A stretch of 64,000 bases of DNA from the NCBI GenBank assembly GCA_963845755.1, contig CAWJTV010000005.1, positions 736,001-800,000 of the forward strand, given 5' to 3'. The notes beneath the pieces were generated by a model that saw nothing but the letters and a program-made list of their open reading frames with translations, was not told the origin of the DNA and searched no databases. Source of the stretch: an uncultured Planctomycetota bacterium. GTDB taxonomy: Bacteria; Planctomycetota; Planctomycetia; Isosphaerales; Isosphaeraceae. Made by a program: the position numbers and the translations under genes. Positions 1 to 9,416 of the stretch are shown here, piece after piece (the stretch's first letter is position 1; each line of letters starts with the position of its first letter).

Positions 1-817
1 CGTGCAGAAAGGTTGCGCGCGCGGCACGTTGTTTCTCGCTACTGCGAGAGTCGTACGCAACCACTGCGTCCCAGGTTGGGTGGAAGTATCCGCTCGTCGT
101 GACGAACGCGTCGGCTCCTTGCTGGTGGAGGAAGGCCAGGTAGTCCTTCCGTTCCGCAAACCAGGCCGACACCAGCCGCTGTCGAGGCACACTCAACTCA
201 ATACCCTGGGCGCCGAAGAGGAGATGAAAGCCCGCGATCACCCGCTCCAGGAGGGCAATGCGCTCATTCGCTTCCGTCTCCGAGTGCTGGTGGAGCAAGA
301 CCACGTGCGGACCATGCGCCACCTGAAACTTGATCTTCAATGCGTGACGGAAGGCCAACAGGTCGGGATCTGCGCAGGGCCGTTCGAGCCGATCCAGGGC
401 CGCAACCATGCGAGCCGTCGGGCCGTGCTTCGGGTCCATCGCGTGGAGCTCGCGCAGTTCGGCCGGGACTTCTGCCGTCAGTCCGTTTTCGATAGCCCAC
501 CAGACCGCTGCATATCGTGCCGGGAATCCCTTGTCCCGTGCCTCCCGCCTTCGCGCTTCCCACTCCGTTGCCGGCCAGAACCCCGGGACTCGCTTGATGA
601 GGTCTTCGCTCAAGAGCGCGACCTTGCCGTCTGGCATTCCTAGTACGATCCGGCTCCCGTTGACAGTTGTTGGGAGTTGTGCCTCTCCCCCTTTACGAAA
701 GTAGAGGAGGTCGCCTCTGGCGACCAGCTCGATCAATCCGGCCTCATGACCGATGACCATGATCAGGCCGAGAACTATCGCAGATCTGAGCCGTCCCGTG
801 GCAATTATGGATTTCAC
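1..817 (-). CDS. Putative DUF1570-like secreted planctomycete protein, 5' part (runs off the window start)
   Basis: Not in the ORF track; read by hand. GTG at 817 opens a frame with no stop to the window edge: KSIIATGRLRSAIVLGLIMVIG...RIALLERVIAGFHLLF...YLAFLHQQGADAFVTTSGYFHPTWDAVVAYD. Hydrophobic N-terminus; the GYFHP..VVAYD segment resembles DUF1570 proteins. Confidence 0.65.
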   Translation of the reverse strand, partial: MKSIIATGRLRSAIVLGLIMVIGHEAGLIELVARGDLLYFRKGGEAQLPTTVNGSRIVLGMPDGKVALLSEDLIKRVPGFWPATEWEARRREARDKGFPARYAAVWWAIENGLTAEVPAELRELHAMDPKHGPTARMVAALDRLERPCADPDLLAFRHALKIKFQVAHGPHVVLLHQHSETEANERIALLERVIAGFHLLFGAQGIELSVPRQRLVSAWFAERKDYLAFLHQQGADAFVTTSGYFHPTWDAVVAYDSRSSEKQRAARATFLH

Positions 818-821
818 GCTC

Positions 822-2072
822 TCAACCCCGACGGGCGACCACCGGCCAGACCGCCTCAACGGCCTCGCCGCGCACGACGAAAATGCGGTCGTAAAGGTTA
901 ACGGTGGGATCGCAGTGCGTCACGAAGAATTCGATTCGGTCGCCGAGCTTCGGAAGCGATGCGCCGGGCTGGGCCGTGACCAGGCCGAATTCGTCGCCGC
1001 CGAATTGGTAAGTCAAACCCTCACGATTCTTGGCCAGTGGCTTGCCTCCCGAGTCGGTCGCGAATGCCTTGATGCCGGCGTTGACGGTCACTCGATGGGA
1101 GTCGCTCAGGCTAACGACCGTGGTCAGCACCGTGAGGCTGTATGCGAAGTCGTGATAGTGCTGGTCGCCATCGCTGCCGCCGATGTCGCGGTAGCCATTG
1201 TCCATGAAGACGTAAGAGCCAGCCTGGAGTTCGATGCCTCCCGGCAGTTCGGAGTCGATATTGTAGGTTCCCGTACTACCGCCCGAAAGGAGAGCTGAGT
1301 CTAACCCCTTGGCTTGGAAGAGGTTGCGAGTATCTATCGCCAGTGTCATCGCTTCCCGCGACCCCCTTTTCCGTTCCGAGAAGCCGATGATATGGGAAGA
1401 GCGCCCCGAATACGCCTGGAGACCTCGAAGTCGAAGCCATTTGCTGCCGTCGATCCGTTCAGCGAGTTCCACCGCCGGCTGGCCGGGAGGAGAGCCGGTC
1501 CGATGGTCGCCGACATCGAGATCCACCAGGACGTTCACGCAGACCTGTCGTGCAGAGGCGGCTTCCGCCAGCAGGTCGGCTTCGAATGCGTGACCTACCG
1601 CCAACATAACCGTTTGATCCTTGCGTGCCAGTTCCACCATGCGGGCAACCTTGCCGACCTCCACGATGGGTGAGGTCAGCAGCACGCCGCTGATTCCGGC
1701 CGCAACCATCGCCTCCGCTTCGGCGACCGTTGCCACGGAGATTCCTCGCGCACCGGAAGCCACCTGGCGCCGGGCGACTTCCGGACACTTGTGCGTCTTG
1801 GCATGTGGCCGAAAGGTACTGCTACTGGCCCGGCAATGCGCCGCCATTTTTTCAATGTTGGTCTGAAACCGGTCGAGGTCCACGAGCAAAGCGGGCGTGG
1901 GCAAGTCATCCTTGGTGCGGACCTCCAGCACAGCCGGCCGAGCTTCCACTCCGGGGCCAACCGGATCGGACGCAGCGACCAACCCCACGGCGCCAAGTCC
2001 CATCGTGCCTGAGGCCAGGAACCGGCGCCGCCTCCAGGACGTTGTCGTCGCGCCTGTTGGTTGAGTTTCCAT
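822..2072 (-). CDS. DSD1/D-threonine aldolase-family PLP-dependent enzyme (alanine racemase fold) with Tat-like signal
   Basis: LPTPALLVD, RPHAKTHK (PLP lysine), GGSTG, ELQAGSYVFMD, HCDPTVNLYD. N-terminal RRRRFL plus hydrophobic stretch. Start placed at METQ; the ORF extends to 2150. Confidence 0.9.
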   Translation of the reverse strand: METQPTGATTTSWRRRRFLASGTMGLGAVGLVAASDPVGPGVEARPAVLEVRTKDDLPTPALLVDLDRFQTNIEKMAAHCRASSSTFRPHAKTHKCPEVARRQVASGARGISVATVAEAEAMVAAGISGVLLTSPIVEVGKVARMVELARKDQTVMLAVGHAFEADLLAEAASARQVCVNVLVDLDVGDHRTGSPPGQPAVELAERIDGSKWLRLRGLQAYSGRSSHIIGFSERKRGSREAMTLAIDTRNLFQAKGLDSALLSGGSTGTYNIDSELPGGIELQAGSYVFMDNGYRDIGGSDGDQHYHDFAYSLTVLTTVVSLSDSHRVTVNAGIKAFATDSGGKPLAKNREGLTYQFGGDEFGLVTAQPGASLPKLGDRIEFFVTHCDPTVNLYDRIFVVRGEAVEAVWPVVARRG

Positions 2073-2343
2073 CGAAGGCTTTACCTCGAAAACGAGGGAC
2101 AGGAGAATGATCGCAAGATCGATGTTAGCCGCGAAAGGGCTCGGCGGCAACCTGTGGTCATCAACACTCGATCCACGTAACGGTGGACGACTCGCGACAG
2201 TCGTGCAAACTCGCGAGACATCCTCCGCGATGGTGTTCTAGCATTGAGTTGCTGCACCATGAAATGCCTGCTCGAACCGTGCAGGTCCTCGAAGCAGAGA
2301 CCGGACGAAACACGACGAGCACGTTGACCAGCCACCCTGGTGC

Positions 2344-4857
2344 GTGATCCACGCGAGACGCGTCATGCCCAATAGTTGCGCCGAATTTCGGGACGAGGAT
2401 CCCGGGGACCTCGTGCCCCGTTTTTCGGTGATCTCACCATCCAACATCGTTGTTGTGACACCGAGCGATTCAGGGCCGGATGGGACGGCCGGCATCGAAG
2501 AGCGTGGTGTACATACACCCACAATCGATCCGAGTCCGGCGAGGGTCAAGGTTCGGCCCGAAGGAGCGACGGCGCGATACGAGGTACTTTGGCCCCATGC
2601 CTGTGGGGGCTTGGGTCGAGTCTACGTGGCCTGTGACAACGAGCTCCATCGCCGAGTCGCACTCAAGGAGATCCAGCCCGTCCATGCGGAAGATCCGGTC
2701 AGCCGCGAGCGTTTTGTGTTCGAGGCGCAAGTCACGGGGAATCTGGAGCATCCGGGAATCGTGCCGGTCTACGGCATGGGATGGCGGCCGGACGGTCGCC
2801 CGTACTACGCGATGCGGTTCATCGAAGGGGAGGATCTCGCGGCGGCGACCCGTCGGTTTCACGCGAATGGTGCCCCTGATTTCTACGGTCGAGAGTTCCG
2901 CTGGCTATTGCGTCGTTTCGTTAACGTCTGCAATACGATCGGCTACGCTCACAGCCGTGGCGTTTTACACCGAGACATCAAGCCTGGCAACATCATGCTT
3001 GGCCCGTTCGGCGAGACGATGGTCATGGATTGGGGCGTCGCCAAGACGCTTGACGGTCACGAGCCGAATGCGGGTTCGATGGACGCCGCGATACCAAACC
3101 GTGCCTCGAAGTTCCGCCCTCGAACGCGTAGTGGCTCGGTAACGATCACGGGCCAGGCCATAGGTACTCCAGCATATATGAGCCCGGAACAAGCCGCAGG
3201 TCAGCCCGAACTCCTGGGACCAGCCAGCGACGTCTATAGTCTGGGTGTCACGCTGTATGTCATGCTAACCGACCGGCCGGCGTTCTCGGGCGAGGCCGAA
3301 GACGTGCTCCGAGACGTCCGGAAAGGGTCTTTCCAACCTCCAAGAGTGATCTCACCGCGCGTGCCGCAGGACCTCAATGCCGTTTGCCTCAAAGCCATGG
3401 CCGTGGATCCGTCACAGCGATACGATTCGACGCTGGCGTTGGCCGAAGAGATCGAGATGTGGCTCGCGGATGAGCCGGTGATGGCCTGCCGGGAACCTCG
3501 GTCGGCCCGAGCACGACGTTGGGTCAAGCGACATCTGCCGATTGTCTCGGGCATGGCTGCTTCCCTCCTCGTGGCCATGGGAGCACTGGCTTTGGCCGTG
3601 CCGATTCTCTCGCTGGCCTGTGCGAACGAGACCGAGGCACGACGGGATGAATCGAGACAACGGGTGATCGCCCTCCAGAAAGCGGCGGAGGCGGATGAGC
3701 ATCGAGTTCGTGCCGAGGAGTCGTTGAAGTTTCTGGTGGAGGCCTTCCGAAAACCCGATCCGTCGGTTGACGGCCGTTCCGTCAAGGTGATCGACCTGCT
3801 CGGTCGCGCCGTCAAGGATCTCGCCGGATCGCTGGCCGGTCAACCGCTGATGCAGGCCACGCTTTACAACGCCATCGGTGAGACGTTCGCCGGACTCGGC
3901 CTGTCGCGCGAAGCCTTGTCTGCCTTCGAGCGGGCCCTCGAGATTCGCCATCAACAGCTCGGTCAAGACCATCCAGAAACACTGAAATCTTGCCAGAACC
4001 TGGCAATGGTCTACCAGGATGACGGGCGGCTCGACCGTGCAATCCCGATTCTCGAGGACACATTGTCGCGGCGCCGGGCCAGCCTGGGCGAGGATCATGT
4101 CGATACCCTCGAGTCCATGAATGACCTGGCCGTCGCTTACTGGCAAGTCGGCCGGCCCAACGAGGCGATCCCCCTATTTGTCAAGGTTCTGCCTGCCGTC
4201 GAGGCCCGACTCGGCCCCGATCACCCTGATGCACTCACTATCATGGACAATCTGGCAGTCGCCTATACCGCGACAGGCCAGCCCGACCGAGCGATCCCGC
4301 TTCACACGTCGGTGCTCGCCGGCTTCCGGGCGAAGTTGGGCGACGATCATCCTGCCACGCTGGTGGCCATGAACAACCTGGCCAAGACGGACCAGGTCAG
4401 TGGCCGGCTCGGCGAGGCAATTCGCCTGCTGGAGAGAACCTCGGACCGGTTGACGGTAAAACTGGGTGACGATCACCCGACCACTCTTACCGTCGTACAC
4501 AGCCTGGCGGGTGCCTATCAGAAGGACGGCCAACTCCAACGCGCTGTCCGTCTGTCGCGCGAGGTCCTGGCGAAACGGCGAACCAAGCTGGGCGACGATC
4601 ACCCCGATACCTTGCTCTCGATCCTGGCACTCGCGAATCAGTGGCTCGATCTACGAAATGACGATCTGGCCGCCCCTCTGCTACGCGAGTTCCTGGACCG
4701 CGCCAAGAAGGGCCATTCACAACTGGCAGCGACGATTCGCGACGCGATCCCTCAGGCAGCACGTCGTCTGGACGACCTCGACCGTTTCAGCGGTCGAAAT
4801 CACCCAGCCGATTCGTCACGGATACCCCCGGACCCACGACAGGACATGCGGCCATAA
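2344..4857 (+). CDS. Serine/threonine protein kinase with TM segment and C-terminal TPR repeats
   Basis: GGLGRVY, VALKE, HRDIKPGN, MDWG, GTPAYMSPEQ; hydrophobic segment near aa 400-425; repeated LGxDHPxTL ~42-aa TPR units. Start uncertain. Confidence 0.95.
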   Translation: MIHARRVMPNSCAEFRDEDPGDLVPRFSVISPSNIVVVTPSDSGPDGTAGIEERGVHTPTIDPSPARVKVRPEGATARYEVLWPHACGGLGRVYVACDNELHRRVALKEIQPVHAEDPVSRERFVFEAQVTGNLEHPGIVPVYGMGWRPDGRPYYAMRFIEGEDLAAATRRFHANGAPDFYGREFRWLLRRFVNVCNTIGYAHSRGVLHRDIKPGNIMLGPFGETMVMDWGVAKTLDGHEPNAGSMDAAIPNRASKFRPRTRSGSVTITGQAIGTPAYMSPEQAAGQPELLGPASDVYSLGVTLYVMLTDRPAFSGEAEDVLRDVRKGSFQPPRVISPRVPQDLNAVCLKAMAVDPSQRYDSTLALAEEIEMWLADEPVMACREPRSARARRWVKRHLPIVSGMAASLLVAMGALALAVPILSLACANETEARRDESRQRVIALQKAAEADEHRVRAEESLKFLVEAFRKPDPSVDGRSVKVIDLLGRAVKDLAGSLAGQPLMQATLYNAIGETFAGLGLSREALSAFERALEIRHQQLGQDHPETLKSCQNLAMVYQDDGRLDRAIPILEDTLSRRRASLGEDHVDTLESMNDLAVAYWQVGRPNEAIPLFVKVLPAVEARLGPDHPDALTIMDNLAVAYTATGQPDRAIPLHTSVLAGFRAKLGDDHPATLVAMNNLAKTDQVSGRLGEAIRLLERTSDRLTVKLGDDHPTTLTVVHSLAGAYQKDGQLQRAVRLSREVLAKRRTKLGDDHPDTLLSILALANQWLDLRNDDLAAPLLREFLDRAKKGHSQLAATIRDAIPQAARRLDDLDRFSGRNHPADSSRIPPDPRQDMRP

Positions 4858-5043
4858 CAACCTTAAGCAGGATTGGCATCTCCAGCGAAGGCTTGGCTTC
4901 CCAATCGCTATTGATCCTAGATCACGGGAAGGCCCGAAGAACCCATGTCGCCCAGAGACTCGAGCCTTCGAAACTATTGGCAGTAACGACGCCTTTGACC
5001 TGTCAAGCGTTTCGAATGGCTACTCGGTGGTCGGGAGGAATGG

Positions 5044-5250
5044 ATGCTGGTCTTGAGCCGAAAATCATCGCAACAAATCATGATCGGGCGTGACATCGTG
5101 ATCACGGTCGTGAAGATCGACCGGAACCAGGTTCGACTGGGGATCCAGGCACCCTCGGGCGTCCCAATCCTGCGCCAAGAACTTGTCGCCCATCGAACTC
5201 CGAGTGAAAGTCGAACACTCATCGAGGCCCGGAAGCCAATTGTTGATTGA
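5044..5250 (+). CDS. csrA: Carbon storage regulator CsrA
   Basis: MLVLSRK...IMIGRDIVITVVKIDRNQVRLGIQAPSGVPILRQEL, the classic CsrA signature; GGAGG upstream. Confidence 0.95.
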   Translation: MLVLSRKSSQQIMIGRDIVITVVKIDRNQVRLGIQAPSGVPILRQELVAHRTPSESRTLIEARKPIVD

Positions 5251-5367
5251 CGCCTGATCCCTGGACTCAGTCCCCTCCTTAACGACTGGTCGCAACCCAC
5301 GGCCTCTCCTCATGATCCTTCGCGATCACGGCGCCCGACGGCACCGAGGAAACGCAAAGTCGTCCCT

Positions 5368-6087
5368 TCAAAAGACGCCGGCTGGCGCCGGCGCTTCGCC
5401 GAACTCCTCATCCTGGCCGGAATAGAGGCGGCGCGCTGCTTCTCCGACCTGGAACGACCCCAAACAGAGGTCGATTTTCGACGAGTGGTTCTTGAGTTCG
5501 CCTTCAGGGTATTCGAAGATCAACGCCACCTGTGTCGGGCTGGTCTTCTCGCCGAACACGTACACCTTGACCTCTTTCGACGCCGGGTGCAGATCGATCG
5601 TCTTGAAAGAGTTGGACTTTCCGTCGAAGCTCTTCGACTCTGGTTTCGGCTTGGATTCGATATCGATCCCGTAGGCATTCTTGAGCATGTCGAGGACATC
5701 GGCCGTGAAATCGCCCCGTACGACTTTGGGAGGTGCGGCCTTGCCTCCCTTCTTGGAGGGCGTTCCCTTCGGTTTGTCGTAACGGGCCACAATGTGCAGG
5801 CTTCCCTTCTCACCGAAGAAGGTATCCTTGATGTCGAACTTCTCGGGCTCGGCCAAGGTGAACCCGAACTCCTGGGCCGGCTTGAGACCAAGGGGCGGGC
5901 GGACGAAGATGGACGAGGTGGCAAGATTCGACTTGGCATCCGCGGGCTTCTCCAGATTCTCATCGAGCCGCTTCTGATTGCGCAGATGTATGTAGGTCTT
6001 GTCGAGGCGAATGTCGTATTGACGAGCGCAGCCAACGACCAGGAGAAAGAGCGTCGCGCTGACCAAGTGTGCAGAGACCCGTTTCAT
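5368..6087 (-). CDS. Hypothetical lipoprotein
   Basis: MKR plus hydrophobic core plus LVVGC lipobox; Lys-rich 239-aa ORF; GAGG upstream. Confidence 0.8.
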   Translation of the reverse strand: MKRVSAHLVSATLFLLVVGCARQYDIRLDKTYIHLRNQKRLDENLEKPADAKSNLATSSIFVRPPLGLKPAQEFGFTLAEPEKFDIKDTFFGEKGSLHIVARYDKPKGTPSKKGGKAAPPKVVRGDFTADVLDMLKNAYGIDIESKPKPESKSFDGKSNSFKTIDLHPASKEVKVYVFGEKTSPTQVALIFEYPEGELKNHSSKIDLCLGSFQVGEAARRLYSGQDEEFGEAPAPAGVF

Positions 6088-6275
6088 CGTTCACCTCGTT
6101 CATGCGAGAGCGGTTGCCGGTCGGGTTGTCTCGTTACCAATCCAATTTCGGTGCGGGACGATGAGATGTCAAGCTGTCCGCGCCGAGGTTTCCTCCAGGA
6201 GCACGCATGTCAATTATTGATTCCCAGACCGCGAGGGCGCCGGAGTCGGGCGAGAGTGCGTCGCCGCTCATGCGC

Positions 6276-6595
6276 ATGAAGGGGGTTGTCCAGATCATTG
6301 CGACAGTGAAGCCGTTCCGCGCCAGGCGGTACTGGACGCCCTCGGATCCATTGACATCCTTGGTGGGACGGTGCGCGAAGCGATGGGCTATGGACGGCAG
6401 AAGAACCGGCTCCAGCAATACCTGGGCAGCGAGTACAATTCATCGTTCGTGCCCAAGGTCGAGTTGACCGTCTTCGTGGAGGAAGCGCTCGCACCGACCG
6501 CGATCAAGGCGATCGTCGGCCAGGCCAGGACAGGACGGATCGGAGACGGTAAAATCCTGGTGCTCCCCTGTGCGGGAGAGTTCCTGAGGTGGTAG
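6276..6595 (+). CDS. P-II family nitrogen regulator (one frameshift near 6323)
   Basis: IIATVKPFRA joins (Q/E)AVLDALGSIDILGGTVREAMGYGRQK...GSEY...PKVEL...ARTGRIGDGKILVLP once one base is restored. Confidence 0.9.
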
Positions 6596-6827
6596 GGGTT
6601 GCCGACCCCCTGGAGGATAAGGCAAGAATGGGCGGTTCGAGAGGCTTCGAAAGAATAACCTTAAAATGGCAAATATAGAATTCAAAATGAATGCAAGTCC
6701 TCGCAGATCGGGGCTTTGCGTTCATTGAATCTTGCATGCTGAAAGATCTACCCGACCCTTTCAAGAACTCCGAGGTCTGAAGGCTGGATCACGATCAGGC
6801 CTGTTCGGATTCCGCCGACTCCCGTGA

Positions 6828-6883
6828 GGCTGAGGGATCAAGGTTGAATCGATCGGGTTCGACTCATCATTCATCCCTCAGCC
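6828..6883. terminator. Hairpin between convergent P-II and repressor genes
   Basis: GGCTGAGGGAT...ATCCCTCAGCC outer stem with inner TGAATCGA/TCGACTCA pairing; 12 nt past the repressor stop; no clear U-tract. Confidence 0.45.
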
Positions 6884-6894
6884 TTCCCGGAAGC

Positions 6895-7734
6895 TCAGTG
6901 GGGCGTGTTGATCCATAAGACACGTCGAAGTCGTGGCGGATCGCGATGGTCTTCGAGATCGAGGAGCACGTCTGCAGATACGGCATCCGGGTTCTCGGCC
7001 TTGAGCAAAGCGTATCGTCGATCACATTGCTCGAACCAACGGACGACGGGTTCCCCGTTCAACCAGACGACTACGAGTTTCTTGTGGAGCAGGCTCACGT
7101 CTTCGTCATGTGCCGAGTAGGCGACCGACGCGCCATCCGCCAGGATGGGAGCCATCGCGTTTCCCACGATGCAAACGCAACGGTTTTCGCGCTGGGCAGC
7201 AAGCAATTCCTTGCGTCGGTTCGAAGCGACTTCGTGGGGAACGAATTCGCCGTTCTCGGCCTCAGGATCATCATCGAGATCGAGGGCTGGAGCCGACGTT
7301 CCTACCTGAGAGGACGATGCCTCTGCGACCTCGAAGGCCAGCGGCGCGCCGAGAACCTGATCGCCGCCCGATCCAGGATCCGACCCGCCTTCACTCTCGA
7401 GGATCTGCAATGCGGTCCTCAGCAATGCGCCCACGGTCATCGCCGGCGGCGATGCATCCGTTCGAACGGGAGAAGTGTGGCGGAACTTCGGCCCCTTGCC
7501 GTGAAGCAGCCAGGCGGGCTCGACGGAGGTCAACTCGATGATCTTCAAGACGACCTCAGCCGGAACCGTCACTCCCCCTTCATAGTTGTACCAGGTGCGT
7601 ACCGGGATACCCAACCGACGGGCCATCTCCGGTCCACCGCGATCTCCGAACAACTCCGAGCGCAAGGTCCCCAGCCGCTCGGCCAGGGACAACTTGGCAC
7701 GCACCGACTCAGGAAGCGTTTTGCGACGAGCCAT
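6895..7734 (-). CDS. XRE/Cro-CI HTH regulator with C-terminal S24-like domain
   Basis: EMARRLGIPVRTWYNYEGG...WLLHGKG HTH; acidic linker; CIVGNAMAPILADGASV...LKAENP S24-like fold. Confidence 0.85.
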   Translation of the reverse strand: MARRKTLPESVRAKLSLAERLGTLRSELFGDRGGPEMARRLGIPVRTWYNYEGGVTVPAEVVLKIIELTSVEPAWLLHGKGPKFRHTSPVRTDASPPAMTVGALLRTALQILESEGGSDPGSGGDQVLGAPLAFEVAEASSSQVGTSAPALDLDDDPEAENGEFVPHEVASNRRKELLAAQRENRCVCIVGNAMAPILADGASVAYSAHDEDVSLLHKKLVVVWLNGEPVVRWFEQCDRRYALLKAENPDAVSADVLLDLEDHRDPPRLRRVLWINTPH

Positions 7735-8286
7735 GACGGATTTCCATGGATTTGTGCACGAAGAGGTTTCAGCTCGCAACGAGAGGCAATTCGCCACATC
7801 AGTTCGGGCACTGCAAGCTATTTAAAGCGTTTCTCCGAAGAAATCAACGACCTGCCAGGAAAAACGACAATTTTCTCCGCACGCAAGCTTGAAGTGGCCC
7901 TCCCAATCAACACGAGGCTCGCTCCCTTGGTGAGAATGGTGATTTATATCACCAACGATTGTCTACCATCAGACACGTCTGACTCGCGAACAGAGTTGCA
8001 ATTGAACGCCGAGTTCATCGTTCTGCTTGATGGTTGACGATGTCGCGATCATCGAAGCAACAATCGAGACGCGCATGAATTTGAACGCGGATTCGGCGGA
8101 TCCGAAGGTGTCCGGCATGGATCTTCAAAGCAGCCGTGAATCAACGTCGAGAGTAGGGCGAGTTCGCACCCACAGCGTTCCGAGCCTCTCCTCCATCATT
8201 GACGAGTTTCGAGTCTTCTGGGCAGCGACGGTCAAGTCAAAGAGTGCGATTCGCGTCTCCCCGCAGGTCGAGGAGGAATCCGTTGA

Positions 8287-8904
8287 TCATTCCTCGTCGA
8301 TATCGAGATCTAAGAGGAATTGGGCCACCGCCTCATCTTCCTGTTTGGGTTTAGCCGCTGGTTCCGGTCCGGTCATCCTCGCGGGCGGTGGGACGACCGG
8401 CTTCCGATTTCCGTCGCCCTTGGCAACGGGAGTCGCGGCCGGCGGCGGGCCCTCGGCCTCTGCAAGGGGAATCGTCTCGAATTCCGCCTCGGGTTCGCCT
8501 TCATCGAATTCAATCTCGAATTCGTCTTCGTCACCGATGGCAACGGCCTCGACGACGGCGGTATCTCCCGGCTTGGACTCGGGGGCAGCGTGGGACGCCG
8601 CGACCGGCTGGCCAAGCGTCGCCACACGAAGCGTCACCGCACCGACCGTCAGCTCATCCCCGACCTTGAGGGTCTGCTGGCCGGTAACTCGCTTGCCATT
8701 GACGAATGTACCGTTCGAACTACCGAGGTCCCGGACCGTCAGTTTGCCCCCGACATCGAAGACCTCACAATGTCAACGACTGACCTGGGATGATTTGATG
8801 CGGACAACGCAATCGTCGTGGCGGCCAAGGCTGGTGACGCCGTCGGCCAGCTTGAGCGTCGTGGTGGCGCTGCGGCCGCGAACCACCTGAAGTACGTAAT
8901 TCAT
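8287..8904 (-). CDS. FHA-domain protein with acidic tail, interrupted by an in-frame TGA (8773-8775)
   Basis: Read by hand: MNYVLQVVRG...SLGRHDDCVVRIKSSQVSR*HCEV...VRDLGSSNGTFVNGKRV...LKVGDELTVG, in frame with ORF 8287..8637. FHA motifs GR, SRxH and DxxSxNGT are present. Confidence 0.9.
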
Positions 8905-9134
8905 CGTGGCTTCGTCCCGATGGAATGCCCTGGAGTTTTGCAGCGATGCGGCGAAGATGGGCTCTCCTCATAAATTATCGTCTGGCGGCCGAATACGCAA
9001 ATGGAAAGGTTCCCAGAACTTTCGCGAACCCTGGTTTTTTCGGAGCCCTCAGTCGGTCTCGCTCACCGTCGATGGCGGCTGCCCCAAGGGACTGACCGAT
9101 CGACGTGGTACCCCGGCTTTTGCCGGAAGATGGC

Positions 9135-9162
9135 TTGCAATCCGGGGCAACGGCGCTATACT
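9135..9162 (+). promoter_or_regulatory. sigma70-like promoter for tRNA-Gly-tig-clpP-clpP
   Basis: TTGCAA (9135-9140), 16-bp spacer, TATACT (9157-9162). Confidence 0.6.
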
Positions 9163-9238
9163 GAAATCGGTCGTGGTCTGGACTGCGACCGAGAGGGTTC
9201 TCGGTGCGTTCGCTCCATGTCGAGACCCTGTGGAACAA

Positions 9239-9310
9239 GCGGGAGTAGCTCAGGGGTAGAGCACCACGTTGCCAACGTGGGTGTCGAGGGTTCAAATCCC
9301 TTCTCCCGCT
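9239..9310 (+). tRNA. tRNA-Gly (GCC)
   Basis: Acceptor GCGGGAG/CTCCCGC, D arm GCTC-AGGGGTA-GAGC, anticodon arm CACG-TTGCCAA-CGTG, T arm GAGGG-TTCAAAT-CCCTT; CCA not encoded. Confidence 0.97.
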
Positions 9311-9416
9311 CTTGATCGATGCCATCCTGGGTTGGCGGCTCTCGCTCGAGCGCTTTGGTTGCGTGATGGCGGACCAGGCCATCCCGACCTGTTGTCACCC
9401 CGAGGGAACGCCTCTG

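Noticed and set aside
5030..5046. CsrA autoregulatory GGA sites over its own RBS
   Set aside because: GGA motifs here are expected from the Shine-Dalgarno sequence alone and cannot be distinguished without data.
6895..9310. Prophage or island at tRNA-Gly suggested by the CI-like repressor
   Set aside because: No integrase or phage structural genes and no duplicated tRNA 3' end seen; the tRNA leads into the housekeeping tig-clpP operon.
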